Positions 36,715 through 57,075 of a stretch of DNA of 64,000 bases are shown here, one piece after another. The DNA is from the human T2T-CHM13v2.0 reference genome, Homo sapiens, in NCBI RefSeq assembly GCF_009914755.1, contig NC_060941.1. The stretch is one strand, 5' to 3'. Every line of letters starts with the position of its first letter. Position 1 is the stretch's first letter. The notes under the pieces are model-generated. The model made no database searches and had not been told where the DNA came from. It saw nothing but the letters and a program-made list of their open reading frames with translations. The position numbers and the translations under genes are program-made.

Positions 36715-39187
36715 CTGAAAGCACAAAGGGAGCCGGGTCCTCCTGGGATCCCCCATGTGGTCCCCAGGTCCCCAGGGCCCAGAATCCTGGGACCTGTCAC
36801 CTTCTGAGGCAGCGGCCGCAGGGTGGGTTCCCTGGAAGCCAGGCTCTGAGGAGGAGGGTACAGTGAGGAGATTCATTAGGGTGTGTTCTTGGGTCAATGC
36901 CAGGGCAAGGGAAGGGAGGGAATCGGGGAGACGTGGGCTGTGAGGCAGTCTCCAATGGAGGCCTCAGCCAACTCTGGGAGATGATCCTTTAGAGCTGTTT
37001 AAAGGAGTTGGGTTGAGGGGCTGGGCCTTTCTACCCCAACATTGGCCAGTCATCGGATGTGGGCCTCCCCAGGAAGGAGATGTGGCCTTGGGTGAGGTGG
37101 CTCTCACTGGCAGAGGCTGTCTCTACAGCCGGCTGCCAGGGATTTCCCCATGGCCTCAAAATGACCACCTCAGGCCTGGGTCCTGGGATTTTCTTCCCAG
37201 TGGTCGGAAGTTTTGCTGGGAAGAGAGAGTCCTGGTTCCATCCTCCCAGGCCTTGTGGTCTGGGGTTTCTGCCAGATGTGAGATGCTGATTGTCTTCTCT
37301 GGGTCTCTGTGTCCTCCATCTACCACGTAGGATGAATCAATCCTGCCCTGCCTGTTCTGAGGCCCAGACAAGGAGGCGGTGAAAAGACCCTGTCTTCTGC
37401 GAAGGGCTCTGCATTCATTCCCCTACTGCTGTTAGAGCTGTTCTGCCCCTGGGGAGGAGCGCAGACCTTGAAGTAGAAGGTTATTCTTCTCAACTAAGTC
37501 CCGGCTCCAGGAGGGAAGGAGGTGGAAACCTACTCGGGACTCTAGAGAGCAAACCCCCTCAGAAGCAGCCCAGGTTTGACAGGTAAGTGTTGAGCTGGGG
37601 CCTGAAGCCATATCTGCCTGCCATGGCCAAGCTCTGGGGAAAGGCTCTTCAGCATAAGGGAGGTAGTGATAGCCAAAAATACTCAGTGGGGAGCAGCAGG
37701 CTGGGGTGCAAAGGTGCTGCCCCCTTGGGATGGAGTTCCCATGGTTGTAGATAGCCAGTGTCAGCTACAGGAGAACCCAAATGTAGACTATTTATTTCTG
37801 TTATTCTGCCTTGACCACTTCTTTAGGTTTGGGAGGCCTGGCTGAGGAAAGCCCGAGGCCCAGGCTTCCCGGACCCCCTCTGAGAAGGCTCTGGATGTGG
37901 GGGTTTGGAGCCCCTGTCTGCTCCCTGAGATGTGGCAGGGCCCCTGGCAGGAGCCGTGGGTAAGTGTCAAGACAGAAGCCACTCATGGGCTTGCTCCCAG
38001 GGAGGTGGAGGGGAGCAGAAGTGGCCCAGAGATAGTGTGGGGGTGGCTCCTCGGGGAAGGGCAAGAATCTCTGGGGCCTACGGGATGGGAAATGAGGGCT
38101 GGGGGCTCACTCCACTCAGGGTCCTTCAGTTCTCCGGGGCTCAAGTGCCTCTTTGTTCTGGGCCTTTCCCCACACCATCCCTAGGCCTAGAATACTCTCC
38201 CCAACTTGGCCTGGGTACCTATTCCTCCTTCAGACCTCAGCCTGACGTCACTGTCTCAGGGAAGTCCTCCCTGGCCCTTTGATCAAATCCCATCCTCCCT
38301 CAATATTACATTCTCATAATACCCTGTACTTTCCTTTCACTCCACAGAGCTCATAAATATAGACTTGTGCATTTACAGGTGACCAGTGTCCGTCTCTTCC
38401 CCACTAGAGTAGAAGCTTCAGTAGGGCAGGGCCCATGTCTGTTTGGTCACTATTGTACCCCAAGGCCTGGTCTGGTGCTTACACACGGGAGGCACTCAGT
38501 GAATGAATGAATGAGTAAATGAATGAATGAAGCGCTGCCCTGGAGTGAGGGGAACCTGAGCGTCCCCTAGAGCATGCAGCCTCAGTAATAGTTATCATTT
38601 GATCATGCCCGACTCTCTTCCCAGCACTGTCCTTGTTTTTATTTTATTTGTTTAATTAATTAATTAATTTTTGAGACTGAGTCTCACTCTGTTGCCCAGG
38701 ATGGAGTGCAGTGCTGTGATCTAAGCTCACTGCAACCTCTGCCTCCCAGGCTCAAGTGATTCTCCCTGCAAGTAGCTGGGATTACAGGTGCACACCACCA
38801 TGCCCAGCTAGTTTTTATATTTTTAGTAGAGATGGGGTTTCAGCATGTTGGCCAGGCTGGTCTCTAACTCCTGACCTCAAGTGATCCACCCGCCTCGGCC
38901 TCCCAAAGTGCTGGGATTACAGGCGTGAGCCACCACGCCCTGCCTGTCCTTGTTTTTATATACATTTTATTTCATTACAATCCATGAAGTGGGTATGATA
39001 CTCCCATTCCACAGATGAGGAAACAGAGTCCCAGAGAATTCAGCGACTTGTCCAAGTCACACAGTGTAAGTGGTAGAGCTGGTAAGAAACTTGGGTTGGC
39101 TATGCATTTATCAGTCCTTTTTCCATCCCCTGTCCGATACCCCCCCAACCCTCTTCCCTCTGCCCAGAAGGGACCCACAGGGCCTTA

Positions 39188-39439
<252 letters not shown>

Positions 39440-41629
39440 TCAGCATCTGTGGCCTTTTGAGGGTCTGGGATGACATGCAGAGAAGATACAAACTTTCCTG
39501 GCTTGCGGTAACCTGAGAGATTTTCACTTTCCTCTTGCAGCCACGGAACCCCTCAGGATGCCAGCACCTACCCTTTCTCAATCCTGTGTGATTCACACTG
39601 ATCCAGTCCCCTCACTCTGTCCACATTGATGAGTAACTTACTCAATGTCCCACTTGTACACCTGGGTCTATCTGTTTTCTCTTTTTCTTTTTTCTTTTGA
39701 GACGAGTTCTCACTCTGTGTCCCAGGCCTCCCAAAGTACTGGGATTACAGGGGTGAGCCACCGTGCCCGGCCGGTAGGGCCTTTTTAGAGGGCAAAATTA
39801 GCAACATATCGTTTTCCCAGCAGTTCCATTTTTCGGAAGTTAAGCTACAGATAATATGCTGGGTCTCAGGACGCACTGGGGGATGTTAACTGCTGCCCTG
39901 TTTACAGCAAACACTGGAGACAATCTGGCTGCTCATAATAGGCGATGGATAAAAACATGATGGTAAGTCCATGTAGTGAAATTCCATGCTGTGATTAAAA
40001 AGAATGATGTGACTTTGTACGTACGGATGTGGGACCATCTCCAAGATATATTTTAACTGATAAAGCAAAGTGCAGGGCAGAGTTTGTGCTGTGCTACCAT
40101 TTATGCCAGAAAAGGGCTATGTACCTGCTGTATGTTGTATATATGTAGGCTCTCTCTGGGGGTTCTCCTGTCTGGGGATCCTCTGCTCTTGGGGTCTCAG
40201 CCCTGCTTCTAGAACTGTTGGCTCTCCCAGCTGGGTCTGCTCAGACCCAGCTGCAGTCCAAGCTTGTAAATGTCACAAAGCATTCCAGGGCCTTCGCTAA
40301 GAGAGGGAACAGGGAGAATGGAAAACCAGGCTTTGAGGTCAGACCTGGCTTCAAATCCTGGTGCAGCTACTTCCTGGCTATGTGGCCTTGGGAAAATAAT
40401 GAATCTCTCCGAGATCCAATCTTGTCTTCTGTAGATGTAGCGAGGATTAAATCTGACAAGTGTTACCGACTTCCTAGCCGACCAGGGATCGCCGACCCCT
40501 GATACTAGGAGAGGATCCTCGTTGTCTCCCCTTCCCATGCCCCCTTCCCATCAACTCTTGATCAGGATTACTGAATGGGGAAGCAGGCAATAGCCTTGGG
40601 AAGGGCAGAGGTTTGGCCTTGGGAAGAAGGAAGGGACGTGTGATGTGTGAACAAAGATCTCGCAAGGTGTAAACAAGGATATTTCAGGGCTTGGGCAGAA
40701 ACAAAAGAAGACCCTGAAGGCAGCCCCCTGAGCGGGTGCACAGAGGGGTGTGTATAACTTTGTGCATCAAGGGAGGAGGCCCAGCAGGACCAGGGAGAGG
40801 TAACTATGCACTCTTGTTTCTTTTCTTTTCTTTTTTAAGAAGGAGTCTCGCTCTGTTGCCCAGGCTGGAGTGTAATGAGGTGATTTCAGCTCACTGCAAT
40901 GCCTACCTTCTGTGTTCAAGCAATTCTCCTGCCTCAGGCTCCCTGAGTAGCTGGGATTACAGGTGCCCACCATCACGCCTGGCTACTTTGTGTAGTTTTA
41001 GTAGAGACAAGGTTTCACCATGTTGGCTAGGCTGGTCTGGAACTCCTGACCTCAAGTGATCTGCCTGCCTCGACCTCCCAAAGTGCTGGGATGACAGGCA
41101 TGAGCCAGGGCGCCTCACTTGTTTCTACATGGTGGCGGGGGGGATGGCTCTGTCCCCTCGGATGAGATAGTAAATCGAACTAAGTGGACACCAGTGATTT
41201 CAGCTCTCCATGGCAGAACCCCATGCCAAGTAAGAGGACCTGTTACTAGGCAGATCACAGCTCGTGGGAACAGGAGAAGAATAGAAAAACACTGCTGCAA
41301 TCCTCATAGCTCTATGAAGTGGGCACGATTATCATCATCCTCTGTGGTAGTCTGTGAAAATGGCCACAAATTCTGCCCCCTGTCCCCACCTTGCATTCAC
41401 GTCCCTTGACTCGACTTGGCTTCTCTTGCTGTATTTGGAGCCTGGAGGCCCCCTCCCTCTGTCCAAGGGTGGATGAGCTTCCTCCTGAGCCTCTACTGCC
41501 TGGCTGAGATCCTGTAGGCTCCTCCCACTCCCACAAAGCAGGTCTCACCTTCTCTCTGCTCTTACCCTCTGCCTGCCTCATGGTGGCAGGCAGTTCCCTC
41601 CACCTCCCCCTGCCCACCAAGAACAATTA

Positions 41630-41827
<198 letters not shown>

Positions 41828-42483
41828 TCAGGTTACTCACCTGTTGATTCAACAGACACCCATAAGCAACCATTAATCACCTACTATGCACCAGGCCTGT
41901 GGGCCAGGCAGAGGTCTAGAAAACCCTCCCAGGCCCCAGAAATGCACATGGTACTTGGGGATAGACATAGAAACACATAATAGTTAGTTTTTTGATCCTT
42001 TTTGATTAAAACCCTCCAATGTTTTCCCACATTACTCAGAATACAATTCACGGTCCTTTTCCTGGTCTACAGGGCTCTGGGGACTTGGATCCTCATCATC
42101 TCTGTCCTCATCTCTAATCTCTTTTAGGTCCATAGTCACTGCCCTTCTCTCTCTTCCTTCCTCACCCCAGGCACAGTTCCACCTAAGGTCTCTGCACCTG
42201 CTGCTTCTGCTGCTTCTTCTGCCTGGAACAATCTTCTGGTGCTGACACCTCATGGGGTGCTCCTCCACTTGCGTCAGGTCTTTGCTCAGAAGGAAGTCGC
42301 TTTGGTGACATCTTGCCTCGTCTCTCCACTTAAAATTGCACACCCATCCCCAGACTCCCTGCTCCTTTCTGCTTTACTTTTCTCTATAGCTCATGTCACT
42401 CACAATATATTTTACTTACTTATTTGGCTTCTTGTCCTCCCTCCCAACTAGAATGTAAGCTCCTTGAGGAAGGAATTTTGCCC

Positions 42484-42903
42484 ATTTCCCTCCCTCCCTC
42501 CCTCCCTCTCCTTCCTTCCTTCCTTCCTTTCCTCTTTCTCCTTCCTTCCTCCCTCCCTCCCTCCTTTCTTTCTCTCTCCTTCCTCCCTCCCTCCTTCCCT
42601 CCCTCCCTTCCTTCTTTCTGTGAGATGGAGTCTCGCTCTTTCACCCAGGCTGGAGTGCAGTGGCGTGATCTCGGCTCACTGCAACCTCCGCGCCCTGGGT
42701 TCAAGTGATTCTCCTGCCTCAGCCTCCTGAGTAGCTGGGATTACAGGTGCCTGCCACCATGCCCGGCTAATTTTTGTATTTTTAGTAGAGACGGGGTTTC
42801 GCCATGTTGGCCAGGCTGGTCTTCAACCCCTGACCTCAGGTGATCCACCCACCTCAGCCTCCCAAAGTGTTAGGATTACAGGCGTGAGCCACCGTGCCCA
42901 GCC
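42484..42903 (-). mobile_element. Alu with a (CCTT/CCCT)n tail, inside an L2 fragment
   Basis: Pyrimidine repeat 42484-42620, then a reverse Alu; TSD ccattt. Confidence 0.8.
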
Positions 42904-43654
42904 CCATTTTCATTACTAGTCATATCCCAGTGCCCAGAGCAGGGTCTAGCATACAGTAGGTGCTTAGTAAGTATGTAGTAAATAAATGAATGAAATAGCC
43001 TCAAAAGAGGGGCAAGTCAGGTGCAGCTGAAGGCAGAGGAATGAGTGATTGCCAAGGCAGGGTGGAAACGGTGAAACTTAAATGAGTGATTCACTGAGGT
43101 GAGGGCGGAGGCAGGGGCACGCGTGGCTGGTAGGGCAGATGTGAAATCACAGCACGCGGTTAGTATAGTGATGTTAGCGTAAAGGCTACCCAGGTAGAGA
43201 GAAAGTCTGAGGGTAAAGCTAGAAAATATCAAGATAGTAGTAGGTCTTGGATGTCATTATAAGATGTTTAGACCTATTTCCCTGTGGCAGTGATGAGCCC
43301 ATGAAAGTTCCTGAGGCCAGCAGTGATGTGGTCTCTGCATTGCTTTAGAAAGATCCCTGAGGGAGGTTGTAGTGAGCTGAGATCATGCCACTGCACTCCA
43401 GCCTGGGTGACAGAGCAGGACTCCATCTCAAATAAAAAAAAAAAAAATGCAAGATCCCTGAGGAAGTGGAGGTGGCTGGGTGGGGAAAGGCAGGAGGCAA
43501 GGGGTCTGTGGGGGAGGATGAGCAACTGTCAGAGCAGCGACTTCGGGAGATGTTTGGAGCAGACCCTGTGGCACTCAGTGGAGTCCAGGGAGGCCTCAAG
43601 GTTGGATTCAGAGTAGAAGCTGCTGTCACTTACTGAGAAAGCAGATGTTAGAAG

Positions 43655-44557
43655 AGTGTCAGTTTCATTGGTGTACAACCAGGGTGGTTGCACAGGGCCC
43701 CGTGCTCAGAAGGACCCGGAACTGGCAGGGGTGTGAGAAGGACCCTTCTAGATTGGGGGGGTTAATGCTCTGTGGTGGCCATCTTGAATTTCTTAATAAT
43801 TTTGTCTTTAAATTTGTGTTTTGTAGGTGAAGTCTGATGGGACCATGGAGCCTCAGCTCATAGGTGATGCCATCTCCTGCCACCTCCCTCCCTCCCTCTA
43901 GGGGAAATAGTTCTTGGTCATCCTGCATTTGAGTGTTGTGGGGCCCCCACTCAACCTCAGCCCAGTGATTATTGCCACGCTTTATCTCTGGTGGGGGCCT
44001 GGATCAGGCATGGGTAGGTTGGGGTGGGGCATCTTGGGGTAGGGCAGGTGGCAGCCTTTCTCGATTTGGGCTGGCAGCATCATGGCACATTTGGTGATTT
44101 GGTGGGGGCAAATCTCCCCCACCACTGATCTAGATACCTAATGCATCCTGGCAATACCCTGGAGGGTCTCCCATCTGCTTTAGGCTGGGGTGGTGGCCCA
44201 TGGGAAGGAGACATGTCTGGCTTGACATTTTACCCACTCTGGGGCATGGTGCCTGGATCTGGTGACTTGTGGGAGAGGCACCCTGCATCTGGTGCACCAT
44301 GTGCACATGCTGAGCTGTGGAGAGGCCTCCGAGCACCTTTGAGGGTCTGGACAAACACTGCTAGTGTCCCAGTGCCCAAGGGAATGCATTGTTAAATAGC
44401 AAATAAAATACACTGTGATAGGTTGAGAGAGAAACTATGGAAGAAAGAAAAAGCTCTGTATCGTAGTACCTTTAACAGCACTTTCATCCTGACTTTTGAG
44501 CTAGGACACTGCATTTTCATTTTGTATTGGGTCCTGAAAATGATGCAGTTGGTTCTG
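43655..44557 (+). mobile_element. MER45B-like hAT-Tip100 element
   Basis: gcacagggccccgtgctcagaagg, ttaatgctctgtggtggccatcttgaa and a terminal cattttcattttgtattgggtcctg. Confidence 0.65.
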
Positions 44558-45095
44558 AGAGGAGGAACAGTTTGTTTTTAGTTAGGGAGGATAGTCTAGG
44601 TAAGAATAGGCTGAATTTCAGGAGCCTCTGGGACACCTCAGAGGAGGGTGTTGGGTTTGGGTCTGGAGCTGCAGATGCAGGGTTGGCAGACACTGTGGGA
44701 GCGGCCATCTGATATGATTATGGGAGCGGCTGTGTGTGAGGGGGAAGGAGGCTGAAGGTGGGGCCTGGTTATCCTTCTGGTTGGACTCAAATACCACTCT
44801 CCATCCTCTCCAAAAATCTCTGTCTTTCCTTGCTCTCATAAGACCTACTTTTCCCCTTTGTTTTTCTCTGGCTTCCTTCTGGACTTTCCTATCCAGCCAG
44901 GAATTTAAGGTCAGCTGCATTAAACACACATCCTGGCAAGGTGTGGTGACTCCTGCCTGTAATCCCCACACTTTTGGAGGCCGAGGTGGGAGGATGGCTC
45001 GTATCCAGGAGTTTGAGGCTGCATTGAGTCATGATCACACCACTGCACTCCAGCTTAGGTGACAGAGCGAAACCCCAATTCCCCCTGTCTCTCTT

Positions 45096-45342
45096 ACACA
45101 CAGACACACAGACACACACACACACACACACAGACACCCACACAGACACAGACACCCACACACAGACACACACGGATACACACACACATACACAGACATA
45201 CACAGAGACACACACTTTGACACACAGACACACATACAGACACACACACAGACACACACACACAGACACACAGACACACACACACATACACACACAGACA
45301 CAGACACAGACACACACACAGACACACACAGACACACACACA
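45096..45342. repeat. Compound (CA)n/(CAGA) microsatellite following an Alu monomer (44934-45075)
   Basis: About 250 bp of interrupted CA repeat. Confidence 0.95.
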
Positions 45343-46880
45343 CGACTCAGTATGTGGCATTGTAGAGCACTTGGATTTTAGAGTGCACCAGGCCCTCGGT
45401 AACGTCTCCCTGGACAATCACTGTCTTCCTTCTCTGCTTCCAACCCTGAGCTGCAGAGTGTGGCCCAAGAAAGTCCAGACGCAGCTGGCAGATGTGGCTC
45501 TGTGCTCACTGCCTGTGGCTGGCATCTCACAGCTGAGGGCCTACTTCCCAGATGGCTGTCTCCTGCCAGCCCACTCTCTCCCTGGGTGGTCGGTTCTACC
45601 CACCTGGCTTATCTGATTTCCTGCTTGTTGACAAGCTCATTTTCACTAGGCATGTTCCTGCCCCCAGGACTCATCTCAGCATAAACAAATGTGCCTCTCT
45701 TGGGGCTTTATTTATTTTTAAACAACTTACCATTACAAGCTGTGCTGTGTGGACTTCCCTCCTCCAATCCTACCCACTCCCAAGCCCCAGTGAAGACACT
45801 TGGTATTGGACCTCTGTGAGGAGGCTGAGGCCATCTGACCTTGGGCAGCAGTGACCCCAGTGGGCAGGTGAAGGGCACAGGCTTTGGGGCTAGACAGAGA
45901 TGGATTCAAATCTTGCCTCTGTCAGTTACAAGTTGAAGACTATGGCAGATGTCTTTACCAAGTTTCAGTTCACTCATCAGTATCATGGATCTGCCATGTC
46001 TATTGTACCAGCTGGCTGCAAGATCCAAGGAGATCATGTATGCCATGTTCTTAGGGAAGCCCCTGGCAGAAGGTTAGTGCTTAAAGGATGCTGCTGCTGT
46101 GGAAACCAAAACCCTCAATGTCCCTCCACCTCTCCGTCCTCAGCTGCCTGTGTCATCACATAGTCCTTTCTCTTCTGTTCCAGAGGAGGCCAAGGGTCCA
46201 CCCTCATGTGTCTTCGATTCCACACCCTCTGTCTGGTCTCTCCCCTGACCTTGCTCTTTCCGGCATTCCTTTTTTGAGCTCTCCAACCCCACTCCCGCCA
46301 ATTTCTCCTTTGTCTGCGTAATGTGCTCAATTTTACAGGCCATTAGTGACAAAACCCCAGAATTCCTGACACCAGCTTATTCAATGCATTTCAAGATAAA
46401 TCCAAAAGTGAAATAAGCCAGACATAGAAAGAAAAACACTACATGGTCTCACTTGTGGGTGAAATATTAAAAAAGCAAAATACATACAAAGAAAGAATAA
46501 ATGGTGGTTATCAGGGGCGAGGAGGGGGAGGAAATGAGGAGATGTAGGTAAATAAAAAAAGAGAAATACAATAGTTAGGACTTTGCTTGCGGGTCTTGGG
46601 TAGTCTGGCATCCAAGCGTGTGTAAGGCTGTACACTCTTCCATATGGAGATGTTTTTATTGTGGGAAATATTCACATTTGCCTGATCCAGATTTTCTTTC
46701 TTTTTATGGTGCTACCCCCAGTGAGCCAGAATTAATCAGGCCCCGGCTTACCTGATACAGAGGAGGTAGGTGTTGGTGCTGGGTCTTGCCCTCACTGAGT
46801 TGTGTCCAGCTCTCCCACTGCTAACTATGTGAATTTGGCAAGTCGTTAATTTCTCTGAGCCTCTTAGGACAACTTAGGCA

Positions 46881-47086
46881 CTAAATACATAGCATACATG
46901 ACCCTAAATACACATCATACATGAACCTAAGTACATAGCATACATGGTCCTAAGTACATAGCATACATGACCCTAAATACATAGCATACATGACCCTAAG
47001 TACATAGCATACATGTCCTAAGTACACAGCATACATAACCCTAAATACATAGCACACATGACCCTAAGTACATAGCATACATGATC
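46881..47086. repeat. Minisatellite, 9 copies of a 23-bp unit CTAARTACATAGCATACATGACC
   Basis: Units counted directly; one copy is 22 bp. Confidence 0.92.
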
Positions 47087-48699
47087 TCCTTTGACTTTGC
47101 AGCCACCTTGTGCAACAGACATGGTGAATCCATGTTATTAATGAGTAAACTGAAACTTGCTAAAGAAACCTACCCATAGTTTTCAATCTGTAACCGTTAG
47201 AGGCAAGATTTGAACCTGTGTGTGTCTGGCTCCAGGGAATGTCCTTCCCCAGCCCATTTCTTTATATATGGAAAATGGAAATAGTTGTCCCTGCTCTGCC
47301 ATTTTTGCAGGGTGTTTTTTGGAAGGCCCAAGGAATTAACAGATATGGAGTTGTTTGGGTTTGAGATAGTGAAATTTTATGCCAATGTAAAAAGAGTACA
47401 TTGAAGATTGGTGTCTTCCTACTGGGGTGTGAAGTTTGAGGTAGAACCAGGATTCCTTAGTCCTGCTCAAAAGCATTTTTACTGGACTCTGGTGGTTCTC
47501 CTTGGATAGGTCTTAGGAGTGGGTAGAGCAGCCTCATAAGGATACAGAAAGTCACAGCACGAGGCTGGGCTTGCCTCCTTACTCTGCCTGCTCAACTTCT
47601 CCCACTGTAACTCCTTTTTAATGAACAATCTCTTGATTGCTTTCCTTTCTTACAATCTCCTTTCTTTCAATCTCTTATCACTTTCTTTTCTTCAATTTCC
47701 TTGGAATGTAGGTTAGATTCCATGATCCTTCATTGGCAGTATCCTGAATTTCTTACCCTCTGACCTTCCATCACATTCCTCTGGCTAACCCTGAATTCTG
47801 CTATCTTTCCACTCTCCACCCAAACTCCCACCTGTGCAACAGGGTAGGTGGCTGCCATCTTGAATCATGACCACGACCCTCACATGGGCCACAGCAATGC
47901 CTGACTGGCAGAGATCTCACACTCTACTATGGCCATTTGAAGATCTTGCCTTTTCCAAACATCCAACACCTCAACCCTCACACTCACTCCTAGCAAACAA
48001 CTCAATTCCTATTTCTCAGAGAAAAATGAAGCCATCAGATGGGAACCTCTCAGCTTCTCAGAGTGAAACCTATGTTCCTACCTCTCTCTTCCCTGTCCTC
48101 ATCTCCCCTCCTGTTACAGTAAAGGAGACATTTCCTCCCTCTTCCAAGGCCAATCTTTCTCCTCCCTCCTCCCTCTGAGGATAGAGAGCCATCAATGACT
48201 CCTTCTCCTTCTTGTGTCTTTTATCACTCCTCCTCACTGATTCTCAAACTGAGATCTTTTCCTTCTTAAATGCAAGTAAGCAGATGGACAGACACACACA
48301 TTTACTCAGCCCACCATCCCCTCTGCTTTAGTGCTTTCCTCCTTTTCACTATCAAAGTCTTTGAAGAAAGTATATTTGTGGTCTCATTTTTTACCTCCTT
48401 CTCCCTCTTTAATGCACTCCAGTCTGCATTCTCGCCTCTTCATGCCACATAAGGTACTTCTGCTGAGGTTATTCATGACTTTCCTATCACTAATCCAATG
48501 GACAAATTTCAGTCCTTATCTTGACCTCCCAGCAGCAGTAGTCCCTGCTGACCTCCTTGAGACCCTCTGCTCTGTTGGGTTCCATGACACCTCTCTCTCC
48601 TGGTGTCCCTTTCATCTATGTGGCCCCTCCTTCTCAGGCTTGTTTGTTGGCTCTTCTTTGGCCATTAAATACTGGGGTGGGGGTGTTCCCCAGGCTTGA

Positions 48700-52190
<3,491 letters not shown>

Positions 52191-53157
52191 CTTTGGATAG
52201 AGCTTTATTTGAAACCTATTTGGCAGGTCCAGTTGGATACCTTGAAAGGATCTTGAAACCAGCAAGCACGAGATCACACTCATGACATTCCACCCCCCAA
52301 TCACTTTTCTTTTAGTATTCCCCATCTTGATGAAGATGCCACTATCCCATGAGTTGCTTTGGTCAGAAACCTAAAATCATCCTTGATATCTTCCTCTTCC
52401 TTTTTTTCCTAAATTCAATCCATTACTGAGCCCAGTTGATTTTACTTTTATAGCTCTCTTACATCTAGCCACTTTGTTCCATATCCATTGCCAATACCAT
52501 AGTCCAAGCTATGACTATCTGTGACATTTAAAAGTACTATAATTTTCCTTAGTCCAAACTATTACCATCTTTGCAGGGACTACTGCAATTTTCTTACTAA
52601 TTGGTTTCCCAGCCTCTACTTTTGCACTCTTCCAATCCATTTTTCATGTTGCAGCCAGTTTCTATTTTGAAAATGTACTGATCTTGTCAACCTTCTGCTT
52701 AAAATTCCACACCATCAGGAAAAGACCCAAATCCAACATGGTGCACAAGCCTGGCATAGTCTACTTCCTGTTGGTATCTGTAGCCTTATCTCAACCCTTT
52801 GCTATCTGCCCTCCAGCCACACTGGCCTGCTTTCAGTTTCTTGACTGCCTCCTCCTGCCTTCTCCACAGAGCCTTTGTACATGCTATTCTCTTTTCCTGG
52901 AACTTTTTCCTTCCTGCTTTGCTTAGTTAAATCCTCTGTATTCTTCAGACCTCCCTCAAACCTCACTTCATGAAGGAATTTTTTTTTTTTATGAGCAAAA
53001 AATCCTATCTGTGTTTGTTTACTAAAGTCATCCCGGCCAGAGAAGGCCTCAACGAATATTTGATAAATACAAAGACAAATCCCTCAGCCCAGACTCAGCT
53101 TCTGCCTTGGATCTCTTCCCCATCCCTGCTTCAGAACAGAACCCAGGCCAGACTCAC

Positions 53158-53328
53158 CGCAGGGTCTCCAGGAGGCAGCGAGGGCGTCTCAGGGTCTTAC
53201 AAAGACTCTTCACTGCAGAGTGGCTCAGCGAGTTTCCACTTAGGTCCAGCTCCTTCAGGTTTCTGGTGACCTTGAGGACGGAGAAGAGAATCTGCCAATA
53301 GGCATCTGTGACTGGGACCCACCTGAAC
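53158..53328 (-). CDS. NLRP1: NLRP1 exon 5 (171-nt LRR exon, F787-R843)
   Basis: cccctcAG|GTTCAGG...CTGCG|GTgag; [34 protein letters not shown]. Confidence 0.97.
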
Positions 53329-54509
53329 CTGAGGGGGAGAGAGAAGGACAGGAGAGATGTGATGTGTCTGGCAGGGGTTTGAGGTGCCCAGCCCTGCACA
53401 ACACAGTTGGGCTTTGTCCCCCTGAGCACCAGGCCACAGCGGGTAGTGCCATCTCCAGTACTGACCAGCCCTCCCTGCCTGTCTGCCCGTCACCCAGGGC
53501 TAGGTCCCTCTCCTCCATGTGGCTCCTCATTCTACAGCCCTTACCATAGCACACTGAAGTGTTCACCTTGTGTGTCTGTTTCTGCCTCAGTCTGGGAGTT
53601 CCTTGAGGGCAGGGACAGACATTTGTCTTTTTTTTTTTTTTTTAAAATCTGCACTGCTCAGCATAGGGCCTGGCCTCGGTGCTGAGCACTGCAGATAAGA
53701 AAAAAATTTTTTAAAAAAATTTGACAATTTTAATTTAAAAAAAATTTGACAGCCTTCCTCCCTTTGATGCAGACACACCTGTGTTCCTTTGGCACAGACA
53801 TTCTGGAGTCCCAGTGCCCAGGAAAGAAGACGGGAGGCAGTAGCAGAGCCTGGGAGAGATGGCCTGAGGATGTTGTGATGGAAGACTGTATATGATCATA
53901 TGCACTGCTGTCCAGGTTGGCTCACATGGGACCCTATCCCCTTCCCAGGATAACAAGAGGGTCTGCAGGAGAGGGATGGCTGTGGGGAGTGCCCTAGGAG
54001 AGAATATTTGCAGCCTGAGGGGAAGAGATGACGGGCTTTGTCTGAGGGTGTTAGAGTAGACTCCGACTCATGGAATTTCCACCCATTTAATCTGTTTTCA
54101 CACACTACTTTAGTGACCTCATCTACCTCCAAGGCTTCAACTACTCAAATCTCTATTCCAAGTTTCAGACTGAGTTTTCTATTTTCTGGTTGGATATCCC
54201 CACCTTGACATCCCAGTAATTCTTTGATCTAATTTGTCCCAACAAGTCCCCAACCTGAATTCATCTTTTCCCCTAAGTCTGCAGAGCCATGTGGGGGCAA
54301 GAAGCAGAGGCAAGGAGCTGCCTGCATGTGGGCTCTGCTTCTCTATCCCTCACTCCGTCTCCTCCGCTGCAAAAAGAGGACAGCAATAGCACCTGCTGCA
54401 GAGGGGTATGTGAGAATTAAAAGCTACTAAAGAGTATCCCAAAAGTCCTAGAGCAGTTTTAAGTTTTAATAACTGTGAAAGTACAAGTACTACAAACATA
54501 TAAAAAAAG

Positions 54510-57075
<2,566 letters not shown>

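Noticed and set aside
45031-45417. Cys/Val or Thr/His-rich ORFs
   Set aside because: Translations of the (CA)n microsatellite.
45510-45545. Short resemblance to LRR exon 6 (ctcacagctgagg)
   Set aside because: Wrong strand, too short, and no 171-nt frame or splice sites; likely chance.
46881-47086. CRISPR-like regular repeat
   Set aside because: Head-to-tail units with no spacers, in human intronic DNA.
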